Assembly: GCA_045863235.1 (NCBI GenBank)
Contig: BTUM01000100.1
Coordinates: 1-27,768, forward strand
Direction: 5' to 3'
Source: Candidatus Xenobia bacterium
Lineage (GTDB): Bacteria > Vulcanimicrobiota > Xenobia > Xenobiales > QWHO01
Length of the DNA: 27,768 nucleotides
Every line of letters begins with the position of its first letter. Positions within the stretch are counted from its first letter, which is position 1. The position numbers and the translations under genes were made by a program. The notes below the pieces were generated by a model that saw only the letters and a program-made list of their open reading frames with translations, was not told where the DNA came from and made no database searches. Of this stretch, positions 8,548-17,618 are shown piece after piece.

Positions 8548-10107
8548 CTGAGCAAGGCATCCATCCCCAGTAACATCCAGATCACCGACGACCTGGCCAA
8601 GCTGTTGGCCATCCTGCCCCCCCAGGTGCGGCAGGCCCTGAACCGGATGGAAGATGAGCAGCTCGACCTGATCGAAGTCGTGCTCGATCTCGGCCGCCGG
8701 GCCGAGGCGCGGTTCCCCGGCAAGTTCGTCTTCCTCACCGCCGACCCCGTCTCGCGCGAGGATATCGAGTACGTGACCACCCGCATCGGCACGTTCGGCA
8801 AGGACAACCGGGCCGGCATCGAGCGCACCTTGCACCGCATCTCGGCCATTCGCAACCGTGTCGGTGGCGTCGTGGGCCTGACCTGTCGTGTGGGACGCGC
8901 GGTTTACGGCACGGTCAGCATCATTCGCGACGTGGTCGAATCGGGGCAGAACCTGCTGCTGCTCGGTCGCCCGGGCGTGGGCAAGACCACCATGCTGCGC
9001 GAGATCGCGCGCGTGCTGGCCGAGGACTTCTCCAAGCGGGTGGTCATCGTGGACACCTCCAACGAGATCGCTGGCGACGGGGACATCCCCCACCCCGGGA
9101 TCGGGCCGGCGCGCCGCATGCAGGTGCCCCAACACGATGAGCAGCATGCCGTCATGATCGAGGCGGTGGAGAACCACATGCCCCAGGTCATCGTGGTGGA
9201 CGAGATCGGCACCGAGGCCGAAGCCTACGCTGCCCGCACCATCGCCGAGCGAGGCGTGCAGCTGGTGGCGACGGCTCACGGCAACACGCTGGAGAACCTG
9301 CTGATGAACCCCACCCTGTCTGACCTGGTGGGGGGCATCCAGGTGGTCACGCTGTCGGATGAGGAGGCCCGCCGGCGCAAGACCCAGAAGTCGGTGCAGG
9401 AGCGCAAGGCTCCCCCCACCTTTGACGTGGTCATCGAGATCCAGGCCCAGGATGCCGTGGCCCTGCACCTGGAAGTGGCCTCGGTCGTCGATCGGCTGCT
9501 GCGTGGCTATCTGCCCTCGCCCGAGCTCCGCCAGCGCGACCCTGAGGGCACGGTGATCGTGCTCGAGCCCTCGGCCGCCGAGGAAGAAGAGCAGCTGATC
9601 GAGGAGATCCCTTCCCGTCCCTACCTGGCCCCACCCCCGCCCGGCCACGAGACCCTCGAGAACGTGCGCATCTACCCCTATGCCGTCAGCCGCAACCGGC
9701 TCGAGCGGGCCATCAAGGTGATGGGGCTGTCGGCCCAGATCGTGCGCACGCTCGACCAGGCCGACCTGGTGCTGACCATCAAGGGCCAGGACCGCCGGCG
9801 TCTTGCCGAGGCCCCCCGCGTGCGCGAGCGCAACCTTCCGGTGCACGTGCTCAAGAGTAACACCACCTCGCAGATTCAGGATTTCCTGGCCCGCTACTTC
9901 AAGATTTCCGACTCCAAAACGGAGGAGTTGGCTCTCAAGGAGGCCGAAGAGGCCGTGCGCCGGGTCGTGCGCTCGGGCCGGCCGGCCGATCTGGCGCCCC
10001 AGCGCTCGACCATCCGGCAGCTGCAGCACGAGCTGGCCGAGCGATACAAGGTTCGCTCGCGCAGCTTCGGAACCGAGCCGTTGCGCTACGTGCGGATCTA
10101 TAAGTGA
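8548..10107 (+). CDS. Ycf45/SpoIIIAA-like AAA ATPase with C-terminal R3H domain
   Basis: [16 protein letters not shown], Walker [18 protein letters not shown], Walker B VIVVDE, R3H RQLQH; start proposed at CTG 8548 (first canonical start is TTG 8605). Confidence 0.9.
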   Translation: MSKASIPSNIQITDDLAKLLAILPPQVRQALNRMEDEQLDLIEVVLDLGRRAEARFPGKFVFLTADPVSREDIEYVTTRIGTFGKDNRAGIERTLHRISAIRNRVGGVVGLTCRVGRAVYGTVSIIRDVVESGQNLLLLGRPGVGKTTMLREIARVLAEDFSKRVVIVDTSNEIAGDGDIPHPGIGPARRMQVPQHDEQHAVMIEAVENHMPQVIVVDEIGTEAEAYAARTIAERGVQLVATAHGNTLENLLMNPTLSDLVGGIQVVTLSDEEARRRKTQKSVQERKAPPTFDVVIEIQAQDAVALHLEVASVVDRLLRGYLPSPELRQRDPEGTVIVLEPSAAEEEEQLIEEIPSRPYLAPPPPGHETLENVRIYPYAVSRNRLERAIKVMGLSAQIVRTLDQADLVLTIKGQDRRRLAEAPRVRERNLPVHVLKSNTTSQIQDFLARYFKISDSKTEELALKEAEEAVRRVVRSGRPADLAPQRSTIRQLQHELAERYKVRSRSFGTEPLRYVRIYK

Positions 10108-10114
10108 GGTAGCC

Positions 10115-10801
10115 ATGCAAGGGTTGTTCATCACGTTCGAAGGCCTCGAAGGAGCGGGGAAATCCACCCAGGCCGAGCTGCTCTACAAGCACTTGCAGCG
10201 CGAAGGCTACCCGGTGCGCTGGACCCGCGAGCCGGGAGGAACGCCGGTGGGCGAGGCGGTGCGCGAGGTGCTGCTGGACGTGCGCAACAAGGACACAACG
10301 CCCCTGGCCGAGGTGTTCCTGTTCGCTGCCTCGCGCACCCAGCTCGTCGAGCAGGTGATCCGCCCCCAGCTCGGCGAGGGCACCATCGTGGTGTGCGACC
10401 GCTTCTACGACGCCACCCTGGCCTATCAGGGCTTCGGACGAGGAATTCCGCCCAACCAGATCCGCGACATCAACGACATGTGCAGCTGGGGGGTGCGTCC
10501 CGACTTGACCTTCCTGCTCGACATCGAGCCCGCGCGGGGCATTGATCGCGTCCGAGTGCGGACCCAGGACACGGCAACCCCGATGGACCGCTTTGAGTCG
10601 GCCGACCTTGGCTTTCTCGAGCGGGTGCGAGAGGGATACCTGCAGATCGCGGCCGACGAACCAGCCCGCTTCCGCGTGCTGGACGGCAGCCTGGATCCGA
10701 TCACCACCAACGAGATCGTGGTCCGGGTCGCCATGCGCGAGGTGCAAAAGCGCGTGCCCCCCAAGGGTCGGCTCAGTTACGAGCGTTCCGGCCTCGATTG
10801 A
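10115..10801 (+). CDS. tmk: Thymidylate kinase
   Basis: FITFEGLEGAGKST, TREPGG, CDRF, AYQG motifs; GAGGT SD before ATG 10115. Confidence 0.96.
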   Translation: MQGLFITFEGLEGAGKSTQAELLYKHLQREGYPVRWTREPGGTPVGEAVREVLLDVRNKDTTPLAEVFLFAASRTQLVEQVIRPQLGEGTIVVCDRFYDATLAYQGFGRGIPPNQIRDINDMCSWGVRPDLTFLLDIEPARGIDRVRVRTQDTATPMDRFESADLGFLERVREGYLQIAADEPARFRVLDGSLDPITTNEIVVRVAMREVQKRVPPKGRLSYERSGLD

Positions 10802-11787
10802 AGATCCTGGGCAACCAGAAGGTCCGTCAGGGGCTGCTGGAGTCGCTGGCCCGCAGCGGACCGGCCAGCTCCTACCTGTTCCTGGGCGACTCGGGTCTGG
10901 GCAAGTCGCGCACCGCCCTCTGGCTGGCCTCGGCTCTCAACTGCTCGGCCGAGGAGCGGCCCTGCGGGGTTTGCCCCAGCTGCCTCAAGATCGCCCACAG
11001 CAATCATCCTGACGTGGTGGTGCAGGAGCGTCCGGCTGGCAAGACCGGCATCGGGGTGGGGGACGTGCGCGAGCAGATCGCCGCCACCGCCTATCGGCCC
11101 TACGAGGGACGCCATCGGGTGTGGATCGTGGCTGAGGCCGAGACGCTCACCGAGGAGGCCCAGAACGCCCTGCTCAAGACCCTGGAGGAGCCTCCGGGCA
11201 GCATGGTGATGGTGCTGGTCAGCTCCAGCGAATCCGCCCTTCTTCCCACCGTCAGCTCGCGCTGTCGTCCGGTGCGCTTTCAGAGCGTGGCCCCCGAAGA
11301 GCTGTGGCGCGAACTCGAGGAGCGCGGAGCCGAGCCCGAGCAGGCCCGCACCCTGGCCCACCTGGCGCGGGGCCGGCCGGGCGTGGCCCTGGGCTGGCTC
11401 GAGAACCGGGCGCTCTGGGAGCTTCGCTGCACCACCCTCGATCTCTTGAGCGGCCTGCACGGCGCCCAGCTCTGGCCGGCCCTGGAAACGGCAGCCAGGC
11501 TCGACAAGCTGCGCGCCGGCGAGGAGGCACGCCAGTCGCTGGCCGCCGTGCTGGACTGCTGCCGTCTCTTTTACCGCGATCTTTTGCACCTGGCCGCGTC
11601 CGGGGCCGAGGGGGCGGTGGTCAACCGCGACCGGCTCGACGACCTGCGCCGCCTGGCGGCCGAGGGTGGGATCGCTCGTCCCCGCAGGGCGCTCGAGCTG
11701 CTGCTGGAGGCCAGCGAGCATCTTCAGGCCAACCTGAATGGAAGGCTGGTCTTGCAGCGCTTATGCATGCATCTATCCCGCTGCTGA
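10798..11787 (+). CDS. holB: DNA polymerase III delta' subunit
   Basis: YLFLGDSGLGK, zinc motif C...PCGVCPSC, HPD, AQNALLKTLEEP, LLPTVSSRC; TTGA overlap with tmk. Confidence 0.93.
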   Translation: MKILGNQKVRQGLLESLARSGPASSYLFLGDSGLGKSRTALWLASALNCSAEERPCGVCPSCLKIAHSNHPDVVVQERPAGKTGIGVGDVREQIAATAYRPYEGRHRVWIVAEAETLTEEAQNALLKTLEEPPGSMVMVLVSSSESALLPTVSSRCRPVRFQSVAPEELWRELEERGAEPEQARTLAHLARGRPGVALGWLENRALWELRCTTLDLLSGLHGAQLWPALETAARLDKLRAGEEARQSLAAVLDCCRLFYRDLLHLAASGAEGAVVNRDRLDDLRRLAAEGGIARPRRALELLLEASEHLQANLNGRLVLQRLCMHLSRC

Positions 11788-12368
11788 GCGCCGTGCGCCT
11801 GGCCCAGGGCAATCGCCAGATGCAAGACCGCGCCGCGGTTTTCGAGTCCGGGTTTGAGCTGGTGGGTCTGGTGGCAGACGGGGTGGGAGGGAGGCCGGGG
11901 GGGGCCGAGGCGGCCAGCGCTCTGCTCGAGGCCGTGTCCCGAGACTTCGACCGTTTGCTCCCGGTGCCGTTCCTGCAGGAGATGGATGGCGAGCTTGCGG
12001 GTGTGGGAGAGACCACGGCCGTGCTGGCAAGAATCTCGGCCGACCGCATCTCGGGTGGAGTGGTCGGCGATTCGGGGGCCTGGCTGATCGGCTCGCGCAT
12101 CCACCGGGTCCTGACCTCGGTGCGCAAGCCCTACCTGGGCAGCGGGGCGGCTTTCCCGGCGCCCTTTCGGGGCCAGTGGGAGGAGCCGACGCTCCTCATG
12201 GCCAGCGACGGGCTGCTCCGCTACACCGATCCCGAGCGCATCGTCAAGGCGGCTTCGGCCGGTGATCTGGAGGAGGCGGCCGAAGCCTTGCTGGCTCTGG
12301 TGCGCCTGCCGCTTTCGGGCGAATATCCCGACGACGTCTCGCTGATCCTGGTGCGCCGGGCTGGTTGA
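11763..12368 (+). CDS. PP2C-family (PPM) phosphatase
   Basis: QDR, VADGVGG, VGDS, LLMASDGL, DDVS motifs; start uncertain (ATG 11763 or GTG 11793). Confidence 0.85.
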   Translation: MHASIPLLSAVRLAQGNRQMQDRAAVFESGFELVGLVADGVGGRPGGAEAASALLEAVSRDFDRLLPVPFLQEMDGELAGVGETTAVLARISADRISGGVVGDSGAWLIGSRIHRVLTSVRKPYLGSGAAFPAPFRGQWEEPTLLMASDGLLRYTDPERIVKAASAGDLEEAAEALLALVRLPLSGEYPDDVSLILVRRAG

Positions 12369-13244
12369 TCAGGTCTGGGGCCGGCGCTTGCGCAACAACA
12401 CGCCGCCAACCACCACCTGGCCCTGGCTCTCGGCCACGCCAGGCTGGCTATCGGGCCGGGCTGTCAACTCGCGGAAAGGCACATAGCCGTCAGTCTCGAG
12501 GGCGCGCGCCGTCTGCAACAGGTCGCCCGGACGGGCCTGGACCAGGGCGCCCTGAGGGTCGGCTTTGTAAGTGCTGATGAAGTCGCTGGCCCACTCGATG
12601 GCTTCGTAGCCTTTGTCGGTTTTCTTATAGAAGGTCTGGCCTTGCTGGCTCTGCTCGAGGAAGAAGTCCAGGCCGCCGAGATAGTCGGCCCGCAGGGTAG
12701 ACGTGCTCAACATGGAGCCGTTCATCGTGCAAAAGTGCAGCTGGTTCTCGGGGGTGTGGAATTTGTAGGCGATCAGCTTGAGGAAGGCGCACTCGGGGGG
12801 CGTGGTCTTGATTCGGGAGGCCGTGTCGAAGCCAACTCCGTCCTGGTCCACCTGGTAGAACTTCAGGGGCGGCTCCACGAACTGCACGCCCTGGTCGGCC
12901 AGTTTCTTGAAGACGGTCAGCTTCTCGAGGTCCTGGGGCTCGAGGGTGGTGGGCGAGGGTCCGCCGGCGAGGAAGGCGGCCACCTGGGTGTGCGTCTCCG
13001 GCGAGAACTGGCGTGGGGGCTCAGCGGCCAGCTTCATATTCTGCTCCAGCGTCCGCTCCCGAGTGGCTGCCTCGGAGCCGTTCTTGCCCAGGGCTCTCTG
13101 GATTTCGCGCAGATTCTTGAGCATCTCCAGGTTCTCTTGCATGCTGGCCAGGTTCTGGGGCTGGAACTGGTCCTGGCAGGCGGCCCTGGGCAGTTGTGAG
13201 AGACGCTGGTGGGGTAAACTCGAGAGCTGGTTGGCGATGATCAT
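12369..13244 (-). CDS. Hypothetical protein with distinctive terminal motifs
   Basis: 291-aa ORF, antisense to neighbours; C-terminus GVAESQGQVVVGGVLLRKRRPQT; sigma28-like promoter upstream. Confidence 0.8.
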   Translation of the reverse strand: MIIANQLSSLPHQRLSQLPRAACQDQFQPQNLASMQENLEMLKNLREIQRALGKNGSEAATRERTLEQNMKLAAEPPRQFSPETHTQVAAFLAGGPSPTTLEPQDLEKLTVFKKLADQGVQFVEPPLKFYQVDQDGVGFDTASRIKTTPPECAFLKLIAYKFHTPENQLHFCTMNGSMLSTSTLRADYLGGLDFFLEQSQQGQTFYKKTDKGYEAIEWASDFISTYKADPQGALVQARPGDLLQTARALETDGYVPFRELTARPDSQPGVAESQGQVVVGGVLLRKRRPQT

Positions 13245-13282
13245 GGCGCTCTCATCGTAGCAGCCAGGGCCTGAAAAAAGGC

Positions 13283-13309
13283 TTATCGGCTCGGCCCGCG
13301 GAAGCTGAA
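13283..13309 (-). promoter_or_regulatory. Sigma28 (FliA/SigD/WhiG)-type promoter
   Basis: Minus strand TTCAGCTT-N11-GCCGATAA vs consensus TAAAGTTT-N11-GCCGATAA (8/8 at -10, 5/8 at -35), 38 nt upstream of ATG 13244. Confidence 0.65.
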
Positions 13310-13315
13310 GACGCG

Positions 13316-14272
13316 ATGGAGATGGTGGGAGTAGCCTTTCAGTCAGTGGGTAAGGTGTTCTACTATCCTGTCGGCCCGGTTCGCTACCAGGCCGGCGAGG
13401 CGGTTGTGGCCGAGACGGCTCGAGGCCTGGAGCTTGGCCGCGTCGTCGGGGTCCAGGACGTGCCGGCGGAGGCAGCGGGGGAGCTCAAGGCCAGCATTCA
13501 CCGTCGGGCCACCCGTGACGACCTGACCGTGCACTTTCGAAACCGCCTGAGGGCCGCCGAAGCCCTCCGGGTGGCCCGTGACCGGGTGGCCCATCACAAC
13601 CTGCCGATGAAGCTGCTTGGCTCGGAATACACCCTGGACGGCAATCGGATCGTTTTCTACTTCTCGGCCGAGGGTCGAATCGACTTTCGCGAATTGGTGC
13701 GCGATCTGGCCTCCCATTTGCGTCGTCGCATCGAGCTGCACCAGGTTGGGGCCCGGGATCGGGCCAAGAGCAGCGGCGGGATCGGCCCCTGCGGGCGCGA
13801 GTGCTGTTGTTCCTCCTGGCTGCGAGAGTTCTCCCCGGTATCCATCAAGATGACCAAGGAGCAGGGCCTGTCGCTCAACCCGACCAAGATCTCCGGCTCG
13901 TGTGGACGCTTGATGTGCTGCCTGCGCTATGAATACGAGACCTATCGGCAACTGCGGCGCGAGATGCCCCCGGTCGGGGCCAGCCTGCGCCTGCCAGAAG
14001 GCACCGTGCGAGTGGTGGCCCAGCACCTGGCCCGTTACACGCTGACGGTGGCCCACGAGCAACTGGGCACTTTCGAGGTGCCCGCAGGGCGCAGCCTGGT
14101 AGGCGAGGCTGCCGAGCTCTGTCCCTCGTGCCACAGTCCGGTCTGCGCCGTTGAGGCAGAGCCGGAGGAGCCCCCGGAGCCCTCTCAGGAGAGCCCCCCT
14201 TCTCAGGAGAGCTCCCTTTCTCGGGAAACCTCCTTCGAAGGGGCACGCAAGAAGCGCCCCCGTCGGCGCTGA
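13316..14272 (+). CDS. ricT: PSP1-domain protein, RicT/YaaT family
   Basis: VVAETARGLELG, FYFSAEGRIDFRELVRDLA, GPCGRECCC, SLNPTKISGSCGRLMCCLRYE; downstream of tmk-holB as in Bacillus. Confidence 0.9.
   Translation: MEMVGVAFQSVGKVFYYPVGPVRYQAGEAVVAETARGLELGRVVGVQDVPAEAAGELKASIHRRATRDDLTVHFRNRLRAAEALRVARDRVAHHNLPMKLLGSEYTLDGNRIVFYFSAEGRIDFRELVRDLASHLRRRIELHQVGARDRAKSSGGIGPCGRECCCSSWLREFSPVSIKMTKEQGLSLNPTKISGSCGRLMCCLRYEYETYRQLRREMPPVGASLRLPEGTVRVVAQHLARYTLTVAHEQLGTFEVPAGRSLVGEAAELCPSCHSPVCAVEAEPEEPPEPSQESPPSQESSLSRETSFEGARKKRPRRR
14183..14236 (+). repeat. 18-bp degenerate tandem repeat x3 in the RicT tail
   Basis: tctcaggagagcccccct / tctcaggagagctccctt / tctcgggaaacctccttc (SQESPP SQESSL SRETSF). 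Confidence 0.75.
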
Positions 14273-14343
14273 TCGCGGTCCTGGCAGGGGCAAGTGCGAC
14301 CCGAAGAGAAGCGACCAGCCATCACGACGGAGGTCTAGATTTC

Positions 14344-14652
14344 TTGAGCGAAGAGCCGGTTCCAGAGGGTGGAGGAGAGGTCGAAGCGGGAGCCTCCCAG
14401 GGGGAAGCAGAGAACCCGGCGGTCCTGGAGGCCATGAAGCTGATGGAGATCGCCATGAACACTCTTGGCCCGGAGGAAAAGCGCGTGATCTTTCAGCTCA
14501 GGAAAGAAGTTCAGGACGCCGCAGCCCAGTCGGGCAGCAATTTTGACCATCGGCTCGAATTCTGCTACGCCATCAAGTTCAGCGGAGACAAGATCAAAAG
14601 CACTCGAATGTTGCACGCTGTGGAAGCTTATATTCGCGCCGTCGAAGGCTAA
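14344..14652 (+). CDS. Hypothetical protein (102 aa)
   Basis: GGAGG at 14329-14333 before TTG; acidic N-terminus then helical domain; lower GC than neighbours. Confidence 0.6.
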   Translation: MSEEPVPEGGGEVEAGASQGEAENPAVLEAMKLMEIAMNTLGPEEKRVIFQLRKEVQDAAAQSGSNFDHRLEFCYAIKFSGDKIKSTRMLHAVEAYIRAVEG

Positions 14653-14767
14653 TGTGCCCGGATTTTGGTTGTGCCTATCAGCACAATCTGACGAACGGGC
14701 CGGAACTACCTTCCGGGGACTGTAGTGCGCGTCGCGCTTCAGAGACCCTGGCCGGAAAATAACAATC

Positions 14768-14790
14768 GGGAAAAGTTGTGCACTTTTCCC
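14768..14790. promoter_or_regulatory. Perfect 9-bp inverted repeat in AT-rich intergenic DNA (operator or terminator-like)
   Basis: GGGAAAAGT-tgtgc-ACTTTTCCC. Confidence 0.5.
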
Positions 14791-14971
14791 CAATCTTTTC
14801 CACAGAGACCCGTATACCAGTACATCTCTACCGTCTGATATTAATCCCCGGTTAACGGAACAGTCAAGCGAAAATTCTGTAAACCTTTTCAAGCTTAAAA
14901 ATGGCTTAAAACAAGCGTTTGGTCCATATCCTTCCGAGGGAGAATAGGTTTTCGGTCGTGAACTTTTTTCC

Positions 14972-15760
14972 ATGATGCTCCAGGGACGAACCATCCTGAT
15001 CACAGGCGCCTCGGCCGGCATCGGGTTGGCCACCGCTCGCCTTCTGGCGAGCCACGGCGCCCGGTTGGCCCTGATCTCCAATCAGCCTGTGGAGCTGGCC
15101 GCTCTGGGGCAGGAGCTGGGCGCTTTCGCGCTGGAGGTGGACCTGACCGATCCGGGCCAGGTCGAGGGCCTGGTGGAGAGGGTGGAACGTTCGGTGGGGC
15201 CGCTGGACGTCTTGATCAACAACGCCGGCATTGGCCTGCATGCCACCCTGCTGGATACCCCGCCGGAGAAGCTGCGCCGGGTCTTCGAGGTGAATTTTTT
15301 CGCGCCCGTCTCGCTCTGTCGTCAGGCCCTGGCAAGCATGGCCGAGCGTCACCGGGGTCATCTGATCAATGTTTCCTCGGCCTCGGGCCGGCGCGGGCTG
15401 GCCAGGATGAGTGCCTACGCTCCCAGCAAAGGCGCTCTGCATATTTTCTCTCAGGTTCTCCGAATGGAGGCGGCCAGCCACGGGGTGAAGGTGACCGAGG
15501 TTCTACCCATCTCCGTTCAGACAGACTTCTTTGCTGCCGCAGAGAACCGGTCAGGTCGGGATTATCGCCCCCGCGGCCTGGTGCATACCAGCGACTACCT
15601 GGCTCGCTGCATCTACAAAGCCGTGTTGCGGCCGGTGCCCGAGGTCTATCCCAGCTTCCTCAGTCGGTTGGGATTTGTCTTCGAAACGGCCTTCCCCAAT
15701 CTGACCGCGCGCCTCCTGGAAGCGGCCGAGCGACGGTCCACCCCCCCTAAAAAGGCTTGA
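14972..15760 (+). CDS. SDR-family NAD(P)-dependent oxidoreductase
   Basis: TGASAGIG, NNAG, NVSS, YAPSK (YxxxK) motifs. Confidence 0.93.
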   Translation: MMLQGRTILITGASAGIGLATARLLASHGARLALISNQPVELAALGQELGAFALEVDLTDPGQVEGLVERVERSVGPLDVLINNAGIGLHATLLDTPPEKLRRVFEVNFFAPVSLCRQALASMAERHRGHLINVSSASGRRGLARMSAYAPSKGALHIFSQVLRMEAASHGVKVTEVLPISVQTDFFAAAENRSGRDYRPRGLVHTSDYLARCIYKAVLRPVPEVYPSFLSRLGFVFETAFPNLTARLLEAAERRSTPPKKA

Positions 15761-16394
15761 CGATCCCTTGCTGGACGGCCCAGGCGGCCGCCTCGCTGCG
15801 CCGGGACAAGTTGAGCTTGTCGAGGATTCGGCTGATGTGGTTGCGAGCAGTTTTCTCCGCGATCACCAGCTCTTCGGCGATCTGTCGGTTGGTGTAGCCT
15901 CGCGCCACCAGGCGCACGATCTCCACCTCGCGCTCGGACAGGGGGCCTTCGTCGTCTGTTCGCGGTTGAGTCACCATCTCGACCAGCTTTCGGGTTACCT
16001 TGTCGGTGACCGCCGGGTCGAGCATCTGCTGGCCTTCGGCCACCAGCCGGATGGCTCTGGCCAGCTCTTCGCGGCGAACATTCTTGAGTAGATAGCCGCT
16101 GGCACCGGCCACCAGCGAAGAGAGCACCGCTTCGTCGTCCGAGGAGGAGGTCAGCATCAGCACCCGCACTCCAGGAAATCGGTCGCGGACCTCGCGACAG
16201 GCGGCCACGCCGCCCATGCCGGGCATCATGACATCCATCAGAACCACCTCGACCGGGCTGGTCTCCAGCCGGGCCAGGGCCTCCTCGCCGCTGGCGGCCT
16301 CGCAGGTGACCGTAAGGTCCTCTTCCAGGGCCAGCACCGTGGCCAGGCCGGTGCGCACGACCTCGTGATCATCCACCAGCATCAATCGCAGCAT
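15747..16394 (-). CDS. NarL/LuxR-family response regulator
   Basis: VDDH, LMDVMMP, GASGYLLK receiver motifs; LSEREVEI...GYTNRQIA...TARNHISRILDKL HTH. Confidence 0.95.
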   Translation of the reverse strand: MLRLMLVDDHEVVRTGLATVLALEEDLTVTCEAASGEEALARLETSPVEVVLMDVMMPGMGGVAACREVRDRFPGVRVLMLTSSSDDEAVLSSLVAGASGYLLKNVRREELARAIRLVAEGQQMLDPAVTDKVTRKLVEMVTQPRTDDEGPLSEREVEIVRLVARGYTNRQIAEELVIAEKTARNHISRILDKLNLSRRSEAAAWAVQQGIVKPF

Positions 16395-16397
16395 TGG

Positions 16398-17618
16398 CTA
16401 CCCTCCCGGCAGGCTGACCTGCACCCGCGTACCTTCACCCGGGGCGCTGACCAGGCTCAGTCGCCCCTGCAACTCCTCGATTCGTGTGCGCATGTTCCCC
16501 AGTCCATGTCCGGGGCGCACCGTTGAGGGGTCGAAACCTCTGCCTTTGTCTTCCACGCAGAGGCACGTTTCTCCCGGAGTGAAGGTCAGCTGCAGGCCTA
16601 TCCGCAGACTGCCCGAGTGCTTGAAGGCGTTGGCCAGGGCTTCCTGGATGACCCGGTAGAGAGCCACTCGCTGGGCCACGGGCAGGGTTGGCTCCTTTCC
16701 GTCCACCTTTAACTCGACTGGAATCCCGCTCACCGACTCGAACTCGCGTACCAGGCGCGCCAGGGCTTCGCTGAAGGGAGTCTCTCCTTCCAGCAGAGCC
16801 GCTTTGTCATACATCGCATTGCGCACTTCCCAGAGAGCCTGCCGGGCCACCGGCAACAGCTGGCTCAACTTCTCCTCCAGAGCCGTCTGCTCAGCCCGGC
16901 TGGCCAACTCGCGGCAGGCATCCAGAGACAGGGTGAGCATGAACATGGTCTGGGCGACCCCATCGTGGATTTCGCGCCCCAGGCGCGAGCGCTCTTCCCG
17001 GGCGGCCAGATCGCGGACGCGGGCCTTTTCGCGTTCCAGTCGACGAAGCAACTCGGCCAGAAAGGCTGCGAAGAAGGCCACCAGAAACGGGTTGAGCAGG
17101 GCGCCCACGAACCCGCCGTCCAGGCGCCCGTCGCTGTTGTAAACGGCGGCCATGCCCGGTCGCGAGTAGGCCACTGCCGCCAGGAAGCAGAGCGAGTAGC
17201 CGAGGGAGGCAAAGGTGCCGCCCCGTAGCCCGTACTTGAGCGAGGGCGCCAGGACCGAGGTCAGGCTGTACTCGTAGAACGGGCTCCGCCACCCGCCCGA
17301 GAGCCAGATCACCGCCGTGGAGGCCAGGATGTCCAGGGCCGGCAGCAGAGGATTGTTCTCGGTGTAGCCGGTGGCGTTGCCCAGGCGGGGCCGCAGGAAG
17401 GGCAGGTAGAGCGACATCAAGCCCAACTGCAAAGCGGTGAGCAGCAGCAGCAGCCAGGCATGCTCGAGGTTGGCCGGTGGGGCGGCCTGAAACAGCACGA
17501 TCCCCAGCGCGATCAGCCAGGTGATCCAGCGGGCCCCGACCGAGAAGTAGATTGGGTTCAAAAAGCCCTGTCCGGCTCGCTCGAATCTCCAGCGTCGGCG
17601 CAGGGCTTGAAGGCTCAC
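16398..17618 (-). CDS. Membrane sensor histidine kinase (HisKA_3)
   Basis: N-terminal TM helices; ERSRLGREIHD H-box, QEALANAFKHS, DKGRGF, GHGLGNM, PGEGT. Confidence 0.93.
   Translation of the reverse strand: MSLQALRRRWRFERAGQGFLNPIYFSVGARWITWLIALGIVLFQAAPPANLEHAWLLLLLTALQLGLMSLYLPFLRPRLGNATGYTENNPLLPALDILASTAVIWLSGGWRSPFYEYSLTSVLAPSLKYGLRGGTFASLGYSLCFLAAVAYSRPGMAAVYNSDGRLDGGFVGALLNPFLVAFFAAFLAELLRRLEREKARVRDLAAREERSRLGREIHDGVAQTMFMLTLSLDACRELASRAEQTALEEKLSQLLPVARQALWEVRNAMYDKAALLEGETPFSEALARLVREFESVSGIPVELKVDGKEPTLPVAQRVALYRVIQEALANAFKHSGSLRIGLQLTFTPGETCLCVEDKGRGFDPSTVRPGHGLGNMRTRIEELQGRLSLVSAPGEGTRVQVSLPGG

Noticed and set aside
9803..10114. N-terminal extension of Tmk in the ORF track (also 11304 start for PP2C, 26062 for the sigma factor, 26104 for HD-GYP)
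   Set aside because: Extensions overlap other genes; downstream starts match the family N-termini, most with an SD
6712..12371. TGATCA at both convergent junctions (6712-6717 and 12366-12371) as an insertion target
   Set aside because: Abutting TGA stops generate this hexamer trivially; no target duplication or integrase is seen
14653..14971. Replication origin
   Set aside because: Only one imperfect DnaA-box-like 9-mer and no dnaA/dnaN context
14335..15081. 248-aa minus-strand ORF crossing the AT-rich intergenic region
   Set aside because: Overlaps two better-supported plus-strand genes, shows no motifs and has atypical composition; not fully excluded
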